NCBI GenBank assembly: GCA_951406725.2
Contig: OX597814.1
Span: forward strand, 178,808,001 to 178,872,000
Length of the DNA stretch: 64,000 bases
Direction of reading: 5' to 3'
DNA from: Octopus vulgaris
Taxonomy: Eukaryota
Made by a program: the position numbers and the translations under genes. The notes below the pieces were generated by a model that worked only from the letters and a program-made list of their open reading frames with translations, was not told the origin of the DNA and searched no databases. This document shows positions 38,711-52,466 of the stretch, one piece after another. The first letter of the stretch is position 1. The number at the start of each line of letters is the position of its first letter.

Positions 38711-40880
38711 AGTTGCTAAACATTTGTAAATTAGATAAAACTAAAAGTGAATGAGAATAAGAGAAAAACATATTTCTTCCAGAACCATTCAAGTGACGCA
38801 AATGAGAGAAAGGATAGAGTTACATTATTACTCAGGTCTGTTTTCTGTCTTTCGTGATTCATTCAGTTATTAATTGCATCATGTTCTGAAGCTTCAAATA
38901 AATTTCTGTCAATCTTTTATACCTCTGAAAATATTTGAAAATATTTTTTGTGACTAATTTCCAGAAATTTATATGGCTGATGTAAATAGATAAAACCTTC
39001 CAAATGGATCCAATGCTGATCCAAATAGCAAACATCTTTCAAATGCACTGATATAAAAATTACGATACGGCATGGAAACATTGGAGAATCTAGCTTAAAT
39101 CGATGGAAGTGTGTCACAAAATATGCAACTCCATTTTGGAAAACATCGTCCTAAATCATTGTATATCAACGCCGAATATCTGATGACACCTGGAACAGCA
39201 GTCCTAGTAGAACAGTAATTTCGTAAGCTTAAACCGATACGGTACTTTCCCCAAGGAAATGTGTCTCACAGTCAGTCTAAAATTGACAGAGAACTTTGTC
39301 GAAATATTGATGTCGGAAATACAATACAACGCATTGCGCAGAAACACACAGGTCCGGCAGACAAAAGAGTTCTGAAGAACTGAAAATTCTTTAGTCATTC
39401 CATGATATTTAGAAATAAAACGAAGATTTGAATTATGGTGTTTCAATTTTAATAACTGCAGGCCAATGGCGATTTAAAAGATTCGTTATAACTAAAATCC
39501 TTTCATGTCGAGGGTCTGATGTGAATGCTAAATATATTTTACAATACTGGAGAGACAGTATTAAAGCTGACATAGTGTAGAGTAGTAAACCTTTAATTTT
39601 ATAACATTCTCCAAAGAATTTTATATTCAGACACAGCATCAGTTACAAAAACTCTCTTGAAGTACATAATGTGTACACTCTTTATAATCTCTTCCGTGAT
39701 ATGATATCTGTGCATTGTAAAATATTTTATATTGTGGAATATAATATAGATTAAACTTATAAACTTATAGTGTCTTCTCATAGCATCTAATCAGAATGTT
39801 GTGCTAAATTTGAGTTGAGAAAATTCAGGTTATCGGTAACCTGATCAGACATTTCTTGTTCTGTCATATCATTGAACAAAGTTTCCGCCCATGCTGTTTT
39901 ACTTACTTTTGTAATTGATTAACCTACGGAAAAATTGCAGTAATTGTAACTGGTTTCAGAACATCTGAGAATTGTTATAGGAAAAAATAACGTTTACTCA
40001 CATGAGACATTTAGCAGAGGTTGAAATACGATAGAAGACGATAAAGATATTGAGGATGTAAAAGGAATCGAAGAATTAAGTGTAAGGCATAAAGTGTGAC
40101 ATATACAGGAACAGCAAATGACTCTTGATACATGTCACTAATACATAAAGAACGGATCTATAGCCATCTCACAACGTGCAGTACATACATACATACACAC
40201 ATACATACATGATGGCTGCAAACTCGTGTTCGAGCATTGCTATCGCCCGATCGAAAGTCTTACACATGCGAAGGCTACGAACAGCCATTTTTGAGATAGG
40301 TTTTCCTTTCTTTTTCAAGTAATGCCTGTGCATGATGATTTTTTTTATAAGGGGAAAGGATTTGCACAAATCCACTCCCACTCTCTGATCATGGACAACA
40401 TACTTTCAAAAAGTAGAACTAGCCTACATCATCGTATATTATCAGTATTGCAGGTTTCCTCCAACAGTTTCTCTCTCCAAGAAGGATGTTGTGATAACAG
40501 AGGGTCCTCCCACTCTCACTAGTTAAACCGCGCACCTAGACACAAACCCGGATATTTCCACGTCCTCGCGCATACATACATACACATACACAAATGTACA
40601 CATATTTTTGGATGGTTGTTGACTGCCCATGAGGTTCTGTGCCCTTCGACCATGAGCTTCTTCGTCTTGTAATGTGTCCAACAATAACCCTCCTCACCAA
40701 GCAAGCTTGATGGGGTTGCCAGTTTACTCGCCCACGACCCAACCATGCAACAGGTTGTACTGGTCTACGTGTTACCAGTAGCGATCATACATACATATAC
40801 AGATACATACATACAGACACACATAGATACTCACATACATGTAGATACGTGTATGTATGTATATATATACAGATAGATAA

Positions 40881-40917
<37 letters not shown>

Positions 40918-41683
40918 CAGAGAGCCAGACGTTTAATATAATTAATATGGAACCAATGTAAACTATGCCAAAGGAAACAGTTTATACCCTAAATTCCTAA
41001 AAGTAGCACATGAGCATACTCAAGATGCAATTCAAAAGTTGAAGTCCTCATGTAATTTTTAGCATTTCCTGAATAATTCTATTTCGAAAATTTTATTAAT
41101 AATGAATTTGACGAATGTAATTATTCCTAATTGTTTACTAAAATAATTACTTTGAGCCACTTATATATGATAATAGGATGTAGTTATAATGAAACAACAC
41201 AAACAATATTTTCTCCAGAACAAAGTCGATTATAATGATTAAGTCAATCTTATAGTTCCAAAATTTCTGCCGACCTTATATAAAACATGCATCATTTTCG
41301 TACACACACTCTATAATATGATTTTTTAATTAACTTACAACGTATATAACAGTACCTGAAGTGTGGTAAAAGGTTGAAGTATATATTTTAATTTTGTAAA
41401 TTCTTATTACATCTGATAGAAAACAAATAATTTTAGTCGGAATTTGTCATATTGAAATTATATTTGTGTAGCTTTTAATATATACATTCATACATATTGC
41501 AAATTTGTATGGCTTCAGGATTATTACATTGCATAGAATTTATTAAGCATTAAGCTACCGCATTTGTTCATATCTGACCCGCCTCTGAGGACTTTTTAAT
41601 TTTCTATTTATTGCTTTCCTAATATTTGAATATATATATATATAATGGAATAATTACTGTGAAACATTATGTAGGAAATATTG

Positions 41684-41878
41684 TATAAAAGATCGTGGCT
41701 AAGGCCAAAACAATGCGAAGTTGTTGCCGATGCGCAACATTCCTTAATTTCATGAGGATAGGATCATAACCCTAAAATATTGAATACAAGGTAAGTCTAT
41801 ATTAATTCACATATTTGTCTTCTTGCGATTTACCTTGCATTTACTTCGCATTGTTTTGGCCTTACCCACGACATTTAT

Positions 41879-41879
<1 letters not shown>
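41684..41879. repeat. Short fold-back (38-bp arms), probable decayed PLE terminus
   Basis: 41684-41721 / 41843-41879 inverted; between (TA)n tracts. Confidence 0.7.
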
Positions 41880-41917
<38 letters not shown>

Positions 41918-41949
41918 TTTATTTTAAGCAGCAGAAAATTCAACAAAAT

Positions 41950-41987
41950 CTGTTACTCTGAGTTTCTCGTTGCCGTTCATCAGACAG
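41950..41987 (-). ncRNA. Minimal hammerhead ribozyme (inverted copy)
   Basis: Exact reverse complement of 43411-43448. Confidence 0.75.
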
Positions 41988-43410
41988 TTTTTGCTAGAAT
42001 GGAACTTATATATTAATTCAATCTATACTCTTACAAACGCTACACCTTTAAAAAGAAATGGACTTGTTTGATTGGCCCTTTAGAAAAAACGGTCAATCTT
42101 CGAGCGATAAACAAAAAGGTCAAAAATATATGTATATATATATAAAAAAACTTTTAGTTCCCAGAAAAGAAAAGGAAGCCCCACCTTTCAACGTGACATG
42201 GAGCATTCTGGACAGGGCGGCACCATACAGGCATGGAGCTTACAAATATAATTTCAAGTGCAGGCTTTGCTTATTAGAGAAAATGCACATATTATTCAAA
42301 GACAATAATTCTTTGAATCAAAGAAGTGAGTTAATGAACTTATGTAGGCACGCGGCTAAATTTAAAATGTCGAATATAAATATACCATATGGATAGAGTA
42401 TATATTTTGTATTTTGATTTTTGATTTTGATTTTGACTCTTGAGCGCTACGACGGACCTATAGCAAAGTCTTATTGTTTCTACATATATATTAGGAAAAA
42501 CCTACAAACTTTGTTTTCATGTTATTGTATTGCATAGGATTACCTTGATTATTTATATTACCTTGATTATTTATAAATGACCCAAAATAGGATGTTATAT
42601 TTTATTTTATATGTCTTTAGTATATATTTTTATTAATGCACCCATTTTTTAAAAGCAATGTTTTTTTTTTTAAAAAAAAAGCAATGTTGTCAAATTTAGA
42701 ATGTTTATATAAGTTTGTGTATAGCAAAGCATATGTATTTGTAAGCATGCGTATCTGTGTATGTGTAAGTGAAAGTATGCTTGTGCTTAAGCACGCATAC
42801 ACACGACGGTATGTATATGTATCAATTCAAACTTGTGTATGTATACTGGCCTCTATGGATGCCAATAACATCGCTACAAGTTTTTTCCCCACTCCTCTTT
42901 CGTTCCTTTTTCTCTCTTTCCCTTTCTTTCGTTCCCCCTCCTTGCTCAGTATATGAGAATTGCTACATAGATGAATTTTAGCTTGCGTGCGAGACGGTTT
43001 GCGTGAATATATGTACACATGCTTTTATGTGTATAATTTAGATTCATATTCATACGTCTGTATATGTATGTATGGCGTTTACGCGCATCCTTTTGTGTAT
43101 GTTGATATATATATGTGAATTTTAATATAAATATGTATTGCAGTATTTATAACAGGTTTAATTTCTATGCATTAATTTGTACTGTCTTCATTAACGGCAA
43201 TAGGTTTTTTCCTCGGTTTTTTCCTCGGATTTTATAATTTTTATAAGTTTTTTTATATATATATACATATATTTTTGACCTTTTTGTTTATCGCTCGAAG
43301 ATTGACCGTTTTTTCTAAAGGGCCAATCAAACAAGTCCATTTCTTTTTAAAGGTGTAGCGTTTGTAAGAGTATAGATTGAATTAATATATAAGTTCCATT
43401 CTAGCAAAAA

Positions 43411-43448
43411 CTGTCTGATGAACGGCAACGAGAAACTCAGAGTAACAG
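43411..43448 (+). ncRNA. Minimal type I hammerhead ribozyme
   Basis: ctgt CTGATGA acg-gcaa-cga GAAA ctcagag TA acag; stem I ctgt/acag, 2-bp stem II with GNRA loop, GUA site. Confidence 0.78.
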
Positions 43449-43550
43449 ATTTTGTTGAATTTTCTGCTGCTTAAAATAAAGCATATTACTCTACCACTGG
43501 TATTTGAGTACTCTTTTCTCCACCTTGTTTCACATTCATGTGTTTACTCC

Positions 43551-43619
<69 letters not shown>

Positions 43620-43621
43620 TT

Positions 43622-43686
<65 letters not shown>

Positions 43687-44229
43687 TCAGACAGACAGAC
43701 AGATATAGATAGATAGATTGATACATACATACATACATGTAAAAAGGTTGATAATTGATTCATTCTTTAATTTGGAGATTTCCAAAATAGATTTCTGATG
43801 TTTATTCTTCATATTTTGCTGGTAGTGCACATATACTTGTATATGATATGTGGTGAATTTATGAGAATAAATCCCAGAAAGCTCCAAAATTTTGTTAAAA
43901 ATGGGGAAGACAAGTTGTTGAAATATATAAGAGAATTTTAATTCATGCAGACGATCGTTTCATACGGAGATATAAAAATAATACAAATTCATGATTGAAT
44001 TGAATTAAATTAAATTATTGTATTAAATTAATTAATTAATTATCAACGTGTACTTCAGTATAAACATAATTTTTACAATGAACTAGAGAAAGGAATTAGC
44101 AGAGGAATAGAATTTGGGAGATTCATATTTATCCATATGAGAAAGATATATGAGTCCAGTTAGGTATTAACTATAACTAAAATATCTAACGCCTATTTTA
44201 AAATATAAGTAAAGAGTTCTCAGAGACGT

Positions 44230-44732
44230 TTCCTCTATAGATGAGTAACTTCATCTTAATAAATAAGGTACTTATCTTCGCCAAGAATAGGACTAAAGTA
44301 TCAAAATTATACTTGAAGCTAACAAGACTATAATATTTCACGAAGGGAAATATTGGGCCAGGAAAGTTTCACCAAACTGTTTCGATATACATTTGTGCGC
44401 ACAAGACTCCGCAGAGGTAACTGATGTAGTCGATATTTACCTACTACGCCAACTTAAAGAAGAATTCCCGGAATTAGAAGATGAACTTTACCAGAACAGC
44501 GCTCTATTCTTACTTGGGAATACCTCTAACAGAAAATTTGAGCTCTACCAAAAAACTACACCATTTTTTAAAAAAGACTATCCATTAACATTGAAAAAGA
44601 TAACAACTCTGTGAACTTCTTAGACGCTAACTTCAATTCCAATACTTCCACCCACCAACCTCACCACAAACCTAACAACAATATAGCATACACAAACATA
44701 CAAAGTAACCATCCATATAACATTATAGAAAA
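44230..44732 (+). mobile_element. PLE RT fragment running into the assembly gap
   Basis: LINKVLIFAK, KTIIFHEGKYWARK..CFDI, QDSAEVTDVV.IYLL, VNFLDANF...KPNNNIAYTNIQSNHPYNII. Confidence 0.85.
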
Positions 44733-44832
44733 NNNNNNNNNNNNNNNNNNNNNNNNNNNNNNNNNNNNNNNNNNNNNNNNNNNNNNNNNNNNNNNNNNNN
44801 NNNNNNNNNNNNNNNNNNNNNNNNNNNNNNNN
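44733..44832. other. Assembly gap (100 N)
   Basis: Run of n. Confidence 1.
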
Positions 44833-45196
44833 CCGGGTTCAGTACCACTACGTGGCATCTTGGGCAAGTGTCTTCTGCTATAGCCCCGGGCCGACCAATG
44901 CCTTGTGAGTGGATTTGGTAGACGGAAACTGAAAGAAGCCTGTCGTATATGTATATATATATATGTATGTGTGTGTGTTTGTGTGTCTGTGTTTGCCCCC
45001 CTAGCATTGCTTGACAACCGATGCTGGTGTGTTTACGTCCCTGTCACTTACGGTTCGGCAAAACAGACCGATAGAATAAGTACTGGGCTTACAAAGAATA
45101 AGTTCCGGGGTCGATTTCCTCGACTAAAAAGGCGGTGCTCCAGCATGGCCGCAGTCAAATGACTGAAACAAGTAAAAGAGTAAAGAGTAAAGAGTA
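44833..45196 (+). mobile_element. SINE family B (5' end in the gap)
   Basis: ccgggttcagtaccact...cttgggcaagtgtc...ctgaaacaagtaaaagag(taaagag)n. Confidence 0.92.
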
Positions 45197-45214
45197 AATT
45201 AAATTATATATAAA

Positions 45215-45325
45215 CGAAAGCAATAAATTAATAAATCTTAGGGTAGCAAAAAAAATTTTAGAAAAAACATTCTTTGCTACCACTGGTCTAGCGAGAAGGT
45301 AAAATTAGTCAATAGACTATATATT
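45215..45325 (-). mobile_element. Isolated PLE-like 3' tail (HHR-less family)
   Basis: Minus strand: atagtctattgacta...tctcgctagaccagtggtagcaaa...tttgctaccc. Confidence 0.6.
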
Positions 45326-46804
45326 ATTATTTTTTTATTATATTATATTTCATTATATTATATTTTTATTATTATTTTTTAAACAAAGACAATAGGTAGG
45401 ATATGAACCGACATCCTTGTTTATGCAATAAACATACATAAGAATTAAAGAAATCTCCTTAGAACATCGCCGATTCGGCTAACTTGGATCCCAAGTCAAA
45501 GAAATTGATACAAAACACATTCATAACAAATGTTGAATTTTGCTGGAAAAGCAGAGCATGCGAGAATATATATGTATGTGAGTGAGTTTTTGCGCGTATG
45601 TTCATGATATAGACAAGTGTTCTCGCCTTAAGTAAGTAAAATGGTTGCGCATTTTTCATAATCTCATTTGGTTTTTATAATCTCTTTTGACGCTCGAACT
45701 TTATCTACTTCTATACTTCTAACATGAAACGTGACGATGTGATGGAGATGAAAGAAAGAAGAAAAGGAGTAATAAAATTATTACGTCGCCTATATTTTGC
45801 CTGATTCTCTACATGCACTCATATCTATATTTGTGTGTGTGTGTGTTTGAGTGCGTATTTATGTATGTGCGTATTATTTGACTCTGTGGGTTTTTTGTCT
45901 GTATAAATGTAATTATATACATATTGCGTTGGAGTGTTTGCGTGGATGTACTTCTAAGAGTGCCAATACTTGCGTTCTATATTATTGATCATAATGTAGC
46001 CACGTTAGCCACGCACCGATGATCTATTTCGAAGTACGTGATAGAGAGCGTGTACATGATTTCAACCAAGTGTCCTTCAGAATGTGAATATAGATATATC
46101 ATTCGTGTGTGATTCATTTTTTTATATTTACATGATCATTACTGTATCATAAAATCGACGTTAATTGAAGAATATAGGTTTCATATACAAATAGAAGGAC
46201 GATAATAAGCACTAAGTGTCAGGTTCGAAGTTATAATCATATGAAAAACGCAAATGCAAACACTCATAAATTCGCACTCGCAGACACACTCAGAAGTACA
46301 CACTCATTCATGTAAGCAGGAATATTTAGAGATATATTCAATTTAATATATGAGTGCATACGTGCATCTAGACGGATTAATGTTTAGTCTTATATGAAGC
46401 TATATGTAAAAAGGTGACATTATCTTCAGAGATCAAACGATGCTTATTTCATACATAGAGTACATATTTAATATGTTTTTTTGTCTTTTTTTATGGAAAC
46501 GATTGCCAGTGACTTCGATGTTTCGGTTTACTCACCGTCATTCGACTATGGTTTTCCTTGCTTTTCCTGAATGTGTATATAAATATATATACACACAAAC
46601 ACACCCGCACATACACACATAGACAGACACACATAGATATACATGAAGTCGAGGGAGATTGAATGTGTATGCTCTTGTATATGGAAGCATAAATATAAGT
46701 TTAAAGACATGTTTATATATATGTATATATATAGATATATGTATATACATATATACATATATGTATGTATATATGTATATATATATTTATTATATATATA
46801 TATA

Positions 46805-46900
46805 TCAATTTATCAATTTAGGGTAGCAAAAAATTCAATAGAAATTATTTTGCCACCAGCGGTCTAGTGAGAAAGGGGAAATAGTCAGAGACTATGAATA
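46805..46900 (-). mobile_element. Isolated PLE-like 3' tail (same family as 45215)
   Basis: Minus strand: atagtctctgactat...tctcactagaccgctggtggcaaa...tttgctaccc, then (TA)n. Confidence 0.6.
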
Positions 46901-46929
46901 AATTCAACAACAATTGAGGAACGGCTACA

Positions 46930-47417
46930 ATAGGCCGTTTTCCCCAAATTTAAAGAACAAAATCCCCCGTGCGTACTATATACGAGGTTAAAAATGAAAA
47001 ATATTTTCTAAGCAATATCCGAGTCTCTATTTGCTATCCGGCAATATTTATTCAGACGCATTTTGTGATGTCGTGAGCGAAAATACCTTAAGCTAAGCCC
47101 CAAAGCAATGAAGAATCATCTATAAATTGCAGGAAGCAACATTTATTAAAATAAAAGTATTCAGAAAACAGAATAGCATGTAACAAAGACAATTTGCAAA
47201 CATATTTACATTCCCATATAACAGTTAAGAACATCACCATCATTGTATTACGCATGCCCGGAAGTGTTTGTTCGACTAGCTGCTGCTAGTTTAATTACGC
47301 ATGATTCAAGTTAGAGAATGGGTATGTATTATACACAAGGTTTCGGTTCTTCAGTGGTACAATCCCCTAAAAATCCCCTGCGTATTATACTCGGACTATA
47401 CTCGAGGATTTACAGTA
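46930..47417. mobile_element. Tc1/mariner-pogo-type MITE remnant
   Basis: Right end cggactatactcgaggatttacagta; subterminal repeat aaaatcccc..tgcgta.tata at about 46960 and 47370. Confidence 0.5.
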
Positions 47418-47752
47418 CGTAAAAACTAATTTACACGTTATTCAAGCATGAATTGAAGAATTGCAAATGTTGTATGACGTTTCTTAACGTTCTTATGTTG
47501 CATTGTTTCCCCTTAATTAAATATGGCAGCTCAAACGAAACGAGAATAAAGTTTAGTACTGAAAATGGCAGGTAAAAAGAATGGTGAAGTTGTAAACAGT
47601 TGAGAAATAATTAAGGGCTATGGTGAAAGCAAAGGTTGGACATTTTGAAATGTAAATCTATGTGAAATATTGTCAATAATTATAATAATCAGACTGTAAA
47701 CTTTCATTAACGATAACCTAAAACATTTTATTTCATTATAAAATGAACAATG

Positions 47753-47797
<45 letters not shown>

Positions 47798-48775
47798 GTA
47801 TATATATATACATATATATGTATGTGTGTGTGTATGTATGTGTAAAGAGAGAGAAAGAGAGAGAGAGAGAGAGATTTTGGCAAGGATTTCTTTGGAAGGT
47901 TTGGAAAAGAGCAGCAACATTATTTATGATGTAGGCAAATACAAAATGGTCGTCAAAAAAAAAAAGACAAAGTATATGTTTGTCACGAGTGGGGGGAAAG
48001 AAAAGGATGATGAAGACAATTTGATAGAAGAAGCCTAAATCACACGTAATTTACAGGAACCTTCAATCCAAAATTATAAAACTAAAATAACCACAGACTG
48101 GTAATAGGACATTCGCTAAAGCTTCATATTCACAGTCGAATCATTATATATTTCTAGACGTATATGTATGTATGGAGAGATTGATGAAGGAAAGGAAAGT
48201 CGGATGTGTATACATGTGTGTTGAATGTAAGAATTAACCATCAGGAGAAATACGGTGTAGGCAAATAATTTTATAGAAAAGTGTATATCTAAACTGACAT
48301 CTTTTTTTCCTTTACTATAATTTTCAAGGCGACACAATGAAGAAGTAAATCAGGTGATTCCGTTGATTTTTACATATTTTGTAGTTCATTCTTTTGTACA
48401 GGACTACTCCTTTTCCTTGAACTTGACTACTCATTTTCCCTGTTAAATGTTACTTCACTGTGAATTTTTTTATGGGTGACTTTCGTTTGTTTTATTAGTC
48501 TGGTCGGTTATTATTTCCTAATTCTAATTCAGTTTCTAATACATATTTTCTTGGCGTGGCTGTACTTCTAAGAATGCAATTTCTGTTCGCGAGCCAGGTA
48601 TTTTTGTTGCGTTCCAAATTCGTAAATGAAATAGCAAACGTGAGAAACGGACCAATGAAAATTATATATACGCACAGAATAACGAACCCTCTCCCAAACG
48701 TTATGAGAAATACAGAAAGTAAAGCATAGTTCAGCTACAATGGCGTGAAGATCACTAAATGAATAAATCTCGTTA

Positions 48776-48806
<31 letters not shown>

Positions 48807-48974
48807 ACTTCATAATTAGGGTTCAGCAACGGTTTGCCTTACCACATACCGAAGTTTAGAAATAGCAGCCAAAAACCTTAGCTATTTCTTCTACTTTAAA
48901 AAGTGACTCCCAGAAAAAACAAACTACTTGAAAACAATCGACACTGGCAGAGAGAAAAAGTAACGAAGAACAAA

Positions 48975-49151
48975 GAGAAAACACAGCAACGCGAGGACGT
49001 GGAACAAGTATAGTGTTATTGGACGCTCAGGAAAGGAAAGAAAGATGGAGGATTTAACCTTTCGGACGGAGCTCTTTGTCAGAAACATAGAAAGGGAAAG
49101 GTCCAAGGAAAGGAGGACGGAGAAAGAAAATCGACAACGATACACACGCGG

Positions 49152-49249
<98 letters not shown>

Positions 49250-49320
49250 ATATATGTATATATGTGACCGCGCGTGTATCGTTGGCGATTTTCTTTCTCC
49301 GTCTTCCTTTCCTTGAACCT
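48975..49320 (-). mobile_element. PLE terminus with degenerate hammerhead and an inverted partial copy
   Basis: Minus strand ttt ctgacaa agagc tcc gtcc GAAA ggtta (49052-49086); arms 49099-49156 / 49263-49320; same family as 57680-57830. Confidence 0.75.
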
Positions 49321-49405
49321 CGGAACTCACTCGGATCGTTACTATGTATACTTTACTCGGACCAGTCTATTTCTCGCAAGGGGGCGTCGTAACTCTAATC
49401 ATATC

Positions 49406-49440
<35 letters not shown>

Positions 49441-50671
49441 TGTATGTATATGTGTGTGTAGCACTTTGTATTGGAATCCTTTGTTCAAATGCGTTTTTCC
49501 TTGGCCATATTTTGTTATCTCTAACTGTGCAAATACTCTACATTATCCGGTCTCTTCTTCAAATATTGACGGACGATTGCATCTAAGTTGAAGAGTATTT
49601 GCCTTCCCTTTGTTGAATATGAAATGATTTCACCAACGAGAACCAGCATTTACTGTCCGTGCGTTTATTTTTGTGTGGAAACATACATGAATTTATTCTA
49701 ATACGTAATGCTATTTAAGTGAATTAAAGTATATGAATGTATACGTCGTTTAAATGCATTATACCTCTGTACTATGGCATTAATTTCGTATGTTTAACTT
49801 TGTATTTTTGCTTTTGTAATGAATATATTTAATGTCTAAATATCCGTGTTCTTTCTTGTTTGTTCCGAATTGTTTCGCTATCATCTGAAAGTATTTTCTA
49901 TTTTCTATATATAGAGCTATTCATTGGTTAATATTAAATAAAATTGGTTAATATTAATATCATTAAAAATAATAATTCCAGAAAAATGAAACAGAAACAA
50001 TGTGTGCAATTGAACGGAGGGCAATAATGCTGCTATTATAATGAAAATACGTCGGGAAACCTATGAACGATTGCCATAATGTAACTGACATGATGTTACA
50101 GGTATTCAGAACCATTGAACTTACACGTATGAAAATGATACAGGCAATCAATAATTGTAACTAGCTGTGCAAAATATGAACGTGTATCCTCTAAGATAAT
50201 GCATAAAGCCACTCTACATCAGATGCTGATTTCATCGGAAACAAGATGTTTGATCTCGCCATTGAAAAAGATAATTTACCTAGCAACAGTAACATACCGC
50301 TTATTGCTTTAATTAACGTGAAAGTATTGAGAGCTCGGGAAATATTAATTAGCTGGCTTATCTAGATGCCTTTTATCGTGGAAATCGTAAAAGGCTTGAA
50401 AACTGTTGTTTTAGAACTGTAAGGGTCCTTTACATAATTGCAGAATGCAGGAGGCTCTTGTGTTATGAGATATGGTATTGAGATATCTCTGGAATAACAT
50501 TATTTTAGACAAAAAAAAAATTATCCAATTTACGGTTCTGAAACTATATATATTCTTCTCCCAAGCACTCGGTTTATCGCATTATTATATATATCTGACG
50601 AGAAAGAAAATACTGCTCTTTTATTCAATGTATACCGTCCTTAAACATCAGCAATAGTCTTTAGAACAGGT

Positions 50672-50728
<57 letters not shown>

Positions 50729-50786
50729 GAATGTATATATATATATATACACATGTATATATATATGTATATACATATATATCCAC

Positions 50787-50845
<59 letters not shown>

Positions 50846-51479
50846 TATCTACACGATTAATTATATATTCTGCCGATGTACAAGTATATGTTAGCGAATT
50901 TTATCTGTCATCCAAAAAACATAACGTTCTTGTTTGACATAGGTACAACAATATATCAAAAGCTTGATAACAATCAATTTTATCTTCGCGCTCACAAAAG
51001 AGCATTATATAAACATTGAGAATACTAAAATGTATTAGCTATTCTTTATCTTACTACAAAAATACATACGCACATACATATATATACATATGCACACGCA
51101 TATATACATTTATCCATGAACTCATCCATATATACATACAAAGCACCCAGACATCTATACATACATACATACATATGTAAATCTATATATCTGTAAATGC
51201 AAGTGGGTATTATATTTTGAAGCGAAAGAAATTCCACAAAGACGTAAAAAATTATTTAATACGTATTGTCGAGTATAATACTTGTTTAATATACCATTAC
51301 TATGAGAAAAAGCAGATAGAGGGAAAATGCTCAGTTGCAGCCTCTGCAAAACAAGTAATCTAACTGAACAGCATGTAACCTCAACAACGTATGTATGTGG
51401 GTTGATGTGAATAGATCTGTGTGTCAAGGTAAACTGCACTATTTTCAGTTACACACCCACTGGCTCACACATACGCACA

Positions 51480-51740
51480 GACATTCCAGGCAGTTGTCTG
51501 CACTTTGTCGCGCCATCCTGGTAATGTGCACTTGGAAAGAAATATCATCACTCATGTCGATGCCCAGGTCCCTCACTGATTTAGGCTTTCGGATTCCCCT
51601 GTGGACCAGTTCCCCCGTAAGTTTTACATTCAGTTTTGGACTCTGGTAGCGCAGGTCTTGGAATTTTTCAACATTAGACTGTATAAAATATCCCACAGCC
51701 AATCTGTAAATTGAGTCCACCTCTTAGTGCAGGTGTGCAG
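51480..51740 (-). mobile_element. CR1/L2-type LINE RT C-terminal fragment
   Basis: NVEKFQDLRY...KSVRDLGIDMSDDISFQVHITRMARQ. Confidence 0.75.
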
Positions 51741-51750
51741 CATAGCTGGG

Positions 51751-51792
<42 letters not shown>

Positions 51793-51833
51793 CTGTGTGT
51801 GTGTTTGTGTATTTACAGGTATATATATATATA

Positions 51834-52466
51834 ATTAATACACAAATATGAGAGAGAATCCACTATGTGGACGCTCTTACGCTACATATAGATCCGCAAA
51901 GGAACTCAACCACTTAGAATTGTTCTCAAGAAGAAATTATGAAGAAATATGTTCTCAAACCGGCGTAAACCGCTGCAGTGAATTACTTATGCAGTATTTA
52001 TTTCCGGTAATTTGGCGCGCTAGAATGAGGGCATCTGAATGTAACTGTGAATATAATAGGCCGAACTGTTCGTGTCTTTGACCTCGTGTTAATATATAGC
52101 GTGCACTTCAACAAATTATATTTTATGACGTACTCCGCCGATGATCTGAGGATAATTATGTAAGAAAAATTGCATAATTTATTAACAGTGGAACAATTGT
52201 ATGGGGCTAATCTATATTTTTGTTATTTTTCATTTGTCCTGCTCACTTACGCTCTTAGTGTGCTAAATTTCTTCTTGAGAACAATTCTTAGTGGTTGAGT
52301 CCCTTTGCGGATCTATATCTAGCGTAAGAGCGTCCACATAGTGGTTTCTCTCTCATATTTGTGTATTAATAATATTTACTGAATATTAGTCTTTTATACG
52401 CTAGACCACTGGTGTTTGAATTGATGTTATTTAATTAATATCCACTTTTTTCAGCCTCATTTTGAC

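Larger units (their letters stand above)
41917..43552 (+). mobile_element. Young 5'-truncated PLE with inverted 5' pLTR, EN C-terminus, about 1 kb 3' UTR, hammerhead and tail
   Basis: 237-bp arms 41917-42153 / 43245-43481 with no mismatch seen; WSILDRAAPY..CRLCLLEKMHIL..LNQRSELMNLCRH at about 42154-42396; tail 43482-43552; (TA)n on both sides. Confidence 0.92.

Noticed and set aside
38917-39781. Run of short minus-strand ORFs as a possible gene
   Set aside because: No recognisable motif, frequent stops in all frames and no consistent splice signals.
40580-40790. GC-richer segment resembling a LINE 5' UTR
   Set aside because: The resemblance is from memory only; there is no second copy or coding motif to support a call.
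48560-48780. CCAAT/TATA-like and AATGGCG motifs as a promoter
   Set aside because: Short motifs expected by chance in AT-rich DNA; no linked first exon found.
49529-49602. Hairpin with 11-bp arms as a possible pre-miRNA
   Set aside because: The stem is too short and the interior pairs poorly.
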